From Histomonas meleagridis 2922-C6/04-290x (lineage: Eukaryota > Protista > Parabasalia): DNA of 64,000 bases. This document shows positions 53,701-61,544 of this stretch, piece by piece. The stretch is taken from NCBI GenBank assembly GCA_020184695.1, contig JAANOX010000113.1:62001-126000 (forward strand), given 5' to 3'. A program made the translations under genes and the position numbers. The first letter of the stretch is position 1, and the number at the start of each line of letters is the position of its first letter. Under the pieces are notes generated by a model, which saw only the letters and a list, made by a program, of their open reading frames with translations, was not told the DNA's origin and did not search any database.

Positions 53701-55492
53701 AATGATAGTATTAGTCTTTTATATCGCACGATTACGTATACAAGACATAGGTAAATTAATCGTATGGTTTAACATAGCGAATACACGATTTGGATCATTA
53801 TATGAAACAGTTGGTTTAATAGGTTATATTTGTTCATTATCTAATGAAAATGACATTAACGAATTAACAAAGTTCTTATTACCTACATATGAAACATTTA
53901 AAGATTCATGGACTTCAATGTTAACTGGTAATGAAGAAGTAGTTCGTTTTATGGGTGTTGATGAAGATTTAGATGAAATCCATTTCACTGATACTTGTAA
54001 TGATTTATATACCGAAATTTATAAATTTTATAATTGTTTATCATTAGATCGAAAGATAATTCAAGCAGATATATTATTAAAGAGTTTAATTCAAACAATA
54101 CAATTAAAAGGAGCGAAAAACATAAATTTAAATTCGGAAGAAAAATATTCGAATTTAGTATTATTATGTGAATTTTATTTATACGATAATTTAATCACAT
54201 TTCAAAATTATTTCGAAACTTATGGTAATTCACAAACAGCCACATTTACAAATGAAACTCAAATGTTTTCTATTATATTTATGTTCATATCAATTATATT
54301 ATTTATATTACAATTTTTATTATATAATTCATTTAATAAATTTATCGATGGAGTTAAAACATTAATTCGATTCTTACCACCAGAATCAATCATTGAAAAC
54401 AACTCATTAATGGAATTAATCATTGATAACAAAGAAGAAGATGAAGATAAAAAATATTTATCACCTGCACAAACGATAATTTCTTCATTATCATATCCAA
54501 TCATATTAATTAATCCTGATTTAACTATTATATCAATTAATAAATCCGCAGAAAACATTACTGGAATGATCAATCAACAAGTCATTGGTAGTCATTTAAC
54601 TACATTTATACCATACATAGATAATAATACTAATAATGTCTCTGATTTATATATAAACATTGAACGAATTAAACAAAATGAAATAAATTCGATTTCAATT
54701 AGAGTTAACATAAATAATGCATTATCACAAATCGATTTAATAGGTATTCATAGTCAAATGAATGAAAACATTAATTCGTTAGCATTAAGTATTCATAGTA
54801 TGAAGAAAGAAGAAGACTTACGACTAAATGCAATCGAATCCAAACAAAAGACAGAAGAAATAATACAAAAACATTTACCGAAATCAATAATGTATGGTTT
54901 AGATCAACATGAAAAAGATGATTCTTCTTATTATGTCTCTGATAATTGTACAATAATATCAATCGAAATCATTGGTATTTTAGATAGTGTATTTAATATG
55001 ACGCCAAAACAAACATTTGAAATATTACGGAAAATTTATTTATATTTCGATGATATCATAAAGAAATATCCGTCGTTGATAATAATGAAGAAAAATGAAC
55101 AAAACATTATATTATGTAGTGGTTTGTTCGATTTCGCTGATCAACCAAAACTACAAATTGCGCAATCATTAAACTTTTGTAATGAAATCATTAACGCAAC
55201 GGACGATTTAAGTGAACAATTGATGTTGGACATTACATTTAACATAGCAATTGTGTTCGGAGGACCAATCGCAGGTAATATATTATGTAAAAGTTATCCA
55301 ACATTCGAATTGGTCGGAAACTTGTTGGAGACAGTGATGGTGTTTCTGGAGGACGAAAGCATAGGAATAATCAAAATGAACAAGGAGGCAATGGACTTGA
55401 TGGACAAGAGAGAGTTTGTGATAGATAAGGAAAAGGAAATAAGAGAAAAGAACGTGAAAATGTTTTTCGTGAAAAAGGTGCTGACAAAGTAA
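50777..55492 (+). CDS. Multi-pass membrane protein with PAS and class III nucleotide-cyclase-like domains (catalytic residues degenerate)
   Basis: Several N-terminal and internal TM helices; PAS-like SYPIILINPDLTIISINKSAENITG; cyclase-like CTIISIEIIG…FDDIIKKY…FGGPIAGNILCKSYPTFELVG. Confidence 0.8.
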   Translation: MSTIENNSSINSSTIQTTHLTTIDDQIISAQKRESLLYPLYSEISQFVHIPLPFYLLEILLLVVQVIVCCYWPLNLQIYPNEDSKFRFIHFIQYALDFGITKVNWDRTILYYIIMFVVCVLIFGWHIIVTVLYSKTRQYSKPFLYISHVIQIIVVPCCLGWFPTFAGYAVYNLGIEATSNTTTGYTLAVAIISTIFSFGLLFYGIFSYGLTCRNTVFTYTPFSAWDPTIVSVFYSFTAITSFFGPILSLFPSWVTFIVQIIVLIFLIYSQLKIFQFPFHFFFMHYVTSLIPGFYLSTQIVIVPMIFGVKMSETIFLLVSICILVIEFVVMSIILIIKKNKIIKSLSYSSLPDGIERTEEIKKKQLQEYEIDENYISSYLRVGIAYACDFFIDFSLPKFMIENYKSLDVLIETTQAISFFTGKHFLLGHCLSLLQQYKNLTIFYQFLIYQMKKIHVLRQSSLPREAFSKINKISKESSDAIRSIRQFWNEISLPHSKIDFHQIVTIQDTSNKYRTIYFDLSDKYPNNIEISKEYCNFLIEGAGDFKEASKWYYKAMMLEQGKHLNVDHSFVSLMNIFPKYLINEIVNIRGEFIENNDKKSKLNNNADASLLSSLLSSSTNGSEIGQKLEEVTTGMIKNSRLRLSLQNALNTFEYPGLKTSKFITILQAIFIVLFLIIFCITILSPTSGIYAIVEEILYFGDTYISSEYSTFISSLLFNTHPLINEFEGLNKVNEYTHYPIINITSNNNSLNNGEIIISKQSKNGIINLLELMNSLLSQSDKRGATFEDLLYQMFSMNLSMNLHIQQLNSEQKSIRGVIFESLNYYLHSTGYWESEQKNTINYLDSLYTGSYNIFHINENLAKIKDGIASDGNDYVNSVYDIYLILLLLISILFFIMFAGLQFYSISSLYRNCNNIIKVLKEVKKDTIKLSLKSISKLDKSKKNRKTKSSTQLLIKHNFSYIFLPYMTIITLITNTVMIVLVFYIARLRIQDIGKLIVWFNIANTRFGSLYETVGLIGYICSLSNENDINELTKFLLPTYETFKDSWTSMLTGNEEVVRFMGVDEDLDEIHFTDTCNDLYTEIYKFYNCLSLDRKIIQADILLKSLIQTIQLKGAKNINLNSEEKYSNLVLLCEFYLYDNLITFQNYFETYGNSQTATFTNETQMFSIIFMFISIILFILQFLLYNSFNKFIDGVKTLIRFLPPESIIENNSLMELIIDNKEEDEDKKYLSPAQTIISSLSYPIILINPDLTIISINKSAENITGMINQQVIGSHLTTFIPYIDNNTNNVSDLYINIERIKQNEINSISIRVNINNALSQIDLIGIHSQMNENINSLALSIHSMKKEEDLRLNAIESKQKTEEIIQKHLPKSIMYGLDQHEKDDSSYYVSDNCTIISIEIIGILDSVFNMTPKQTFEILRKIYLYFDDIIKKYPSLIIMKKNEQNIILCSGLFDFADQPKLQIAQSLNFCNEIINATDDLSEQLMLDITFNIAIVFGGPIAGNILCKSYPTFELVGNLLETVMVFLEDESIGIIKMNKEAMDLMDKREFVIDKEKEIREKNVKMFFVKKVLTK

Positions 55493-56118
55493 CTGTAAGA
55501 AATTATTCTGTTTTGTAAATATTTTATTTGTGTGAATTGTTATTTTAGGTGAAGAAATGTTCAATGCGATTTTTATATTATCGTTAGTGAAAATGTTTTA
55601 CGTATAAAGGGAACGAAGAAATATTTGACTTCGGTTTTTATATTATCGATAGTTGAAAATACTTTAAGTGAATAAGGTAACGAAGAAATAATAATTAGAA
55701 ATATTTGACTTCGGTTTTTATTTATTATCAGTTGTAAATACTCTAAATGAAGAAGGTAATGAAATTAATTTCTTTTATATGCATTTTATTTGATTTTAAT
55801 AATTCTTAATTCATTTGATTGAAAATGTTTTTGATGCATAAATATTTATATTATTCATTGCGAAACATTTATATCATAGTCAAAGTGAGAATTATTATAT
55901 TTTTAAAAACACATAAAAAAATTACTTTTCTATAAACTTAGTACACGATCGAAGAAGTTCAATGAAAATTTGATGCTCATAATTACAGTTTGTTATCATA
56001 TATTCACAAATGAGAAATATTTTTGGATTTGTAACCAGAAATTAACGAAAATGTTTTATATCTTTTGTTAATATAAATTAAAATTCAGATATTGGATGAT
56101 TTAATAAGTATAATGTGA

Positions 56119-57003
56119 TTAATCGCAGCAGCAGCAATCTGAGCCGCAGCAACAGCAGCATCCCGATGAGCAACATGATCCTCCGCCGCCGCACTTACAT
56201 TTACAGCATCCATCGCATTTGCAACAATTGCAAGAGCAGCAGCTGCAACAAGAACTGGAATTTTTGCTCCGACTGCTGTTGCTATCATTTTTATCATTAC
56301 CATTGTCATCGTTGTTATCATTACCATTATCATTGTTATCATTACCATTGTCATCACCATTATCATCATTATTATCATTGTCATCGTTTTCGTCACCATC
56401 ATCTTCATCATCATCGTCGTCATCATCATCATCATCTTCCTCTTCTTCATCATTTCTTAAGAGATCTGCTGCTTTCTTAAGAACTTTTTTAATATTTTTC
56501 TTTTTGTATGCTGTGCATTCAACATAATGTAAACCATTATTCTTGAAAGCTTCTTTCGCATCTTTAAAGGCTATCACGGGATACCCACTTTGCATATATT
56601 GCTTGCGTAAATCAGTCTGTAAACCAATAATTAATTTAAGTTTTGGCCTATCGTGCTGATATGATGCGAGAGTTGGAAGCCAATAATTAAATATATCTTG
56701 GTATGACTGTGGATTGATAACAGAGAAGCAAATCATAAAAACATCTGTATATGGAAAACATTGATATCTCTGATATTCATCAGTTGATGATGTATCACAA
56801 AATATAAATCTCCAGTTCTCTTCTTTGGAAGGAATTTCAAAATCTTTTTTGTAGGTTTCAATAACTTGTAAAATACCATTCTTAGGAAAATTTCCGTTTT
56901 TATATGTCATAAGATAAGATGACTTACCAACCTGTGGAGACCCAATAAAGGTTAGCTTATGTTCATGATTCAGATGGGGCTTTTCGTTATATTTATTATT
57001 CAT
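56119..57003 (-). CDS. Atypical Rho-family GTPase with an acidic D/N tract and a Cys-rich tail
   Basis: GSPQVGKSS P-loop, DTS, YPYTDVFMICFSV, WLPTL, DLR, YVECTA; then E/D and D/N tracts and 23 Cys in the last 43 aa. Confidence 0.85.
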   Translation of the reverse strand: MNNKYNEKPHLNHEHKLTFIGSPQVGKSSYLMTYKNGNFPKNGILQVIETYKKDFEIPSKEENWRFIFCDTSSTDEYQRYQCFPYTDVFMICFSVINPQSYQDIFNYWLPTLASYQHDRPKLKLIIGLQTDLRKQYMQSGYPVIAFKDAKEAFKNNGLHYVECTAYKKKNIKKVLKKAADLLRNDEEEEDDDDDDDDDDEDDGDENDDNDNNDDNGDDNGNDNNDNGNDNNDDNGNDKNDSNSSRSKNSSSCCSCCSCNCCKCDGCCKCKCGGGGSCCSSGCCCCCGSDCCCCD

Positions 57004-57706
57004 TCCACAAAATGATCATTTCGTTGCAACGAACTACAGTCAAAACCCAAAAAATGTTCTCAATTTTTGTACGTGTTGTTGTGACCGGAAAAAAATTTTC
57101 AGTGGATTACTTTGTACTGTGCAATAATTATTTTTGAAAATTTCACGTTTTTTATTAATACATTTATATTTTAACTAGGATATATTATTTAAAATACAAT
57201 TTAAAATATTTTTTATAGTTTGGAATATCTTAAATATCGAGTATTATACGATAAATTATTTTATGGATTGTCAAAAGAGGTCGAAGAAACAGAAAATCCG
57301 ACGGTTTTGCATGCTGTCAAAATTTGACTATAAAATGACATGTCAAATCGGTTATCCCTCACAAGATAATAGGTTAAACAATTAAATATTTTTCAAAATA
57401 ATAAGCAAATTTCTTAAGCATTGGCATCAATTTATTTTGTTCACAAAATGAAATACTTTCAAAGATTTCCTTCAAACGAATTGTCATAATAAATTTTAAT
57501 TAATTTTGAAAATATTTGATATTTAATACATGCAAAACATATGTTGTTTCATTAATATTTTGCTTTTGCTCAATAAATATCAAACAAATTCAGAATATGC
57601 ACTATTAGTAATGACAATGAAATTGTTTTTGCACACTAAGTATTCAATATTTTTGCAGATACTATTTATTGTGATGTAATTTTGCTAATATCCATTGCAT
57701 GTGATG

Positions 57707-58070
57707 ATTACACATTTCATATTGTGCTGTATGTAATAATTACACATTTCATATTGTGCTGTATGTAATAATTACACATTTCATATTGTGCTGTATGTAA
57801 TAATTACACATTTCATATTGTGCTGTATGTAATAATTACACATTTCATATTGTGCTGTATGTAATAATTACACATTTCATATTGTGCTGTATGTAATGAT
57901 TACACATTTCATATTGTGCTGTATGTAATAATTACACATTTCATATTGTGCTGTATGTAATGATTACACATTTCATATTGTGCTGTATGTAATAATTACA
58001 CATTTCATATTGTGCTGTATGTAATGATTACACATTTCATATTGTGCTGTTTGCAATATTACACATTTCA
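57707..58070. repeat. Tandem minisatellite, 32-bp unit, about 11.4 copies
   Basis: Unit ATTACACATTTCATATTGTGCTGTATGTAAT(A/G) at 57707, 57739 … 58027, with a partial copy from 58058. Confidence 0.97.
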
Positions 58071-58123
58071 CATTTCTTTTCCCGCAACACGCCGAAAGAG
58101 TTATTTTACATTTACTTTTTTAT

Positions 58124-60418
58124 TTACTTTTGCGTCAGCTTTTCCACTTTTGCCGTAAGCGTGTCAATTTGGTCCTGAATTTGCGCTGCTGAGTCGAAGT
58201 CGTCTTGCGCGATTGCCTCTTCCAGTTTTTGGTTCAACTTTTGTATTTCCTCTTCCATTTCCTCCTTGCTCATCACCTTCGGCACTTCGGTGTTATCCTT
58301 TGCGATTTGTAACATTTCGAGTAACGGCGACAAAAGCTTTTCACCGAACGGCGAGATCTTAAACAACGATTTCATTTCCTCAATCGAATTACTGAAGAAT
58401 TCGAAGTCAAGTTGCAAATAAAGTACTTTCGATTCTTCAAGGTCAACTTGCGCTTTGGAGATTTCCGATGAATATTGCATAGCTTGTGCTTCCATCTTTT
58501 CGATTAATTCGGTTGTTTGAGCTACGAGTGATTCATTTGCAACAATTTGTTCATTCATCGATGCGATTTGCTTATTAAGTTGTTGCGCTCCACGGAAGTT
58601 CTTTGCTGCTACTGCTGCTTTCTTTGATGTCTCCAGTGTTGGGATTGATGCCTTAGCTGCCATAAGTTGATCAGATGCTGTTTGAAGTTTACTTCTTAAT
58701 TCGACAACATCTTCATTGATTTTATTACGTTGTGCTTCATTCTCTTTTTGATTCTTAAGCGCAGTATCATATTTTTGTTTAAAGGAATCACGTTTTTCAG
58801 AATATGAAAAATGATCATGACATAATGTATTAATGATTTTGGCAGCACTTTCACATTCACTTGCATCTTTCTCGCCATCATCGATTTGCTTTGCTATCTT
58901 ATCAATGGCTGCAGTAATGCCAGTGATTTCGATGTCGCGCTTGTCAACCGCATCAAGCAACGATTGATAGGGTGCCTCAATTTCCTTGACTTTTTGATTG
59001 AATTTTTCGGTTTCGATTTTGATGTTATATTGATCGTTTTGCACTTCAATTTTTTCGTTGTTAAATTGATTCTCTGTGTTTCGGATTTGTTTCTTTGTGT
59101 CTTGAATCTTAGACTTAAGTTCGCTGATAGATTTCTTATGCTGATTGATTTGAGCTTGGAGGTCTTGGATAATTTTGCTGTGCTCTTCTGTTTCGGCTTG
59201 ATATTGATTCAATTGGTCAACAAACGGTTGCTTGGCCGCATCAATTCGTTGCTGAAGTTCCTGTTCAAGCGCTTCATGACTTGCACGATGTTCATTTAGT
59301 GGCCTTTCAAGCTCTTTAATCGTTTCTTCGTTACGTTTACGCTCAGTGTCAATCGTTTGTTTATCATTTTCTTGCTCTTCAACAAGAGTGGTCAAACGCT
59401 TATCAAGGGCTGACTTACGGACGCGGAGTTGTGGGAGCTCATTTTGTGAGGCTGCAGCATGAGATAATAAATGTCCAGGCGCATCATTTGAAATTGAAAA
59501 AGCGTTGGAAAGAGACCTTATAAATGTGTTTTGTTGCTCGTTGATGAGGTTCTTAGTGCGGATTATGGATGTATTGAGTTGATCGGCAAGCTCATATTGT
59601 TCACTATTAAGTGCATTTATTTGTCGTCTTTCAAGGTCCGAAAGTGTTACCTTGTCCTTCTTTGTGCTTTCTACTGATGTTTTGATGTCTTTAAGGCAAT
59701 TCTTGAGGCGTTGAACAAATGAATTTCCTTCTGTATCTAATCCTTCGATTTCATCTGATACGGCCACAGCTTCACTAGAAGATCCAATTGGAGCTTGAGA
59801 TGTTTCTTGTTGAACATTTTGAGATGAAAATGAATTAGCACTTGGCGCAGAAAATGGATTAACTTCTTCTTCTGGTTGGTATTGAGGTGGCGCTGTTTCA
59901 TTTTCGTTTGATGTAAATGAGAATGAAGATGTTTGTTCTGATTCTTGTGGAATTTCTGGAGTTGGTTGAGAAGGAGCTAGCTTTGGTGCAGCTGGTTCAG
60001 GTGTGGTACTTTCAGCATTTTCTGTTTTTGGTTTGCTTGGGAATAATTGTGCTTTTTGAGTTGAACTTAAATTTAAATTTGAATCACCTGGTTTCTTGGC
60101 AAACCTACTTGGCTTCTTCTTTTTTCCTTGACCTAATACTCTTGGCGTCTTTTTCTTGTATGCAGGTTTAGGTGCTGCTTTTGGTTGAGGTGCAGATGGC
60201 GTTGGTTCAGCTGAAGATCCGAAACTAAACTCAGAAGCAGATTCGCTTTCAGGGTGTTCCATACCAAAATTAAATGAAGAAGATCCTTCATCATTTGATC
60301 CAAAATTGAATGAACTTTCATTGTTTTCTTCAACAGGTCCATCGGTAAAGCTGAATGCGCTTTCACCGTTATCTGCACTATCTTGGACAGGCTCGTCTGT
60401 GAATCCAAAAGCGCTCAT
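58124..60418 (-). CDS. Coiled-coil protein with N-terminal FxF repeats and UVR (UvrB/C-type) motifs
   Basis: N-terminal SAFGF/SAFSF/SSFNFG/SEFSFG repeats, long coiled coil, C-terminal LEEAIAQDDFDSAAQIQDQI and two internal similar motifs. Confidence 0.8.
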   Translation of the reverse strand: MSAFGFTDEPVQDSADNGESAFSFTDGPVEENNESSFNFGSNDEGSSSFNFGMEHPESESASEFSFGSSAEPTPSAPQPKAAPKPAYKKKTPRVLGQGKKKKPSRFAKKPGDSNLNLSSTQKAQLFPSKPKTENAESTTPEPAAPKLAPSQPTPEIPQESEQTSSFSFTSNENETAPPQYQPEEEVNPFSAPSANSFSSQNVQQETSQAPIGSSSEAVAVSDEIEGLDTEGNSFVQRLKNCLKDIKTSVESTKKDKVTLSDLERRQINALNSEQYELADQLNTSIIRTKNLINEQQNTFIRSLSNAFSISNDAPGHLLSHAAASQNELPQLRVRKSALDKRLTTLVEEQENDKQTIDTERKRNEETIKELERPLNEHRASHEALEQELQQRIDAAKQPFVDQLNQYQAETEEHSKIIQDLQAQINQHKKSISELKSKIQDTKKQIRNTENQFNNEKIEVQNDQYNIKIETEKFNQKVKEIEAPYQSLLDAVDKRDIEITGITAAIDKIAKQIDDGEKDASECESAAKIINTLCHDHFSYSEKRDSFKQKYDTALKNQKENEAQRNKINEDVVELRSKLQTASDQLMAAKASIPTLETSKKAAVAAKNFRGAQQLNKQIASMNEQIVANESLVAQTTELIEKMEAQAMQYSSEISKAQVDLEESKVLYLQLDFEFFSNSIEEMKSLFKISPFGEKLLSPLLEMLQIAKDNTEVPKVMSKEEMEEEIQKLNQKLEEAIAQDDFDSAAQIQDQIDTLTAKVEKLTQK

Positions 60419-61544
60419 TTCAAAAAACTGCTACAGATCGTTTTGTGGTGTTGTAACCGATTCCAAATTCAATGAAATGTGGCGGTTTTAGATTTGGGTG
60501 TGTCATTCGACAAGAATCACTTGTTGCATGATGATTTTGTGTTTTTTTTTATATTATGTCATTAATGGCTATTAATCAGTCAATGATTGCATTCAAAAAA
60601 TACTTAATATTCTTTTAGTTTATTAAAAATCATTTTTGCATCAGATACTTAAAAGTTATCTTCATATCTATTTTCATGATTAAAACATAATCATTTGTAT
60701 AATTATACATTTAAAGTATTTTCCCAAGTCACAATTGTGAGAAACATTTAAATGCTTTTGATTTACTACTTTACTCAAAAGTGGTACATTCAAAAGTGTA
60801 TTTTGCAGGCAATAATACCAAAGTTAAAAATCTCTTGCTTTATATATATTACACATGTTTTTATTCTTTTTACCGGCACTTCTTAATTAAGGCTTATTAA
60901 TTTCTTCTTGTGATATATTCATACAATATTTTACACTATGAAATTACTGAATCTTCATGATAATAATTCTATAACGTGATGAATATTTTTGTAGGCTGCT
61001 GGTTTAATGGTCTTCTTGTTATGTTATTTTCATTATATGTAATTTTTTTATTTAAAGAATTAACGTACAATCTTGACCGTTTATTTGATGACTTCATAAG
61101 GCCTTTTGTAATTTTTGCTTTTTCAATGGGTTATTGAAAGTTGTAAATATCATATCATCTGCTTTTAAGATTCTGTGTTTAGAGCTATCTTTGGCTTTGT
61201 ATAAAATTATTGATGTTTCTATTTGGGTATGACAAAAATACTTTTTACTAGAAGTAATTATTTTAAATTTTTTTTATTTTTATAATGTATCCATTTATTT
61301 AATTTTTTTCGATTTATTTTATATTAAATACTGTTTTCTTCCTCATAATATCCTTTAATATTTTATTATATTTCAAAAATCATTTGATTATTCATCAATA
61401 AAATGAAAAAACGAATGACATCATTTGCCGTTAACTAACGTCATGACTACAAAACTTTTCCAATTAACGGTTTTATGGTAAACTAATTGAATTTATTTGG
61501 ATTTTAGGGAAAATTCAAAAGATAAAAAGAAAAAAAAGTGTCAA

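Noticed and set aside
56085-56527. Alternative ORFs rich in Met/Thr, His/Tyr or Ser/Leu
   Set aside because: These are other-frame or antisense readings of the trinucleotide-repeat tract of the Rho-like gene.
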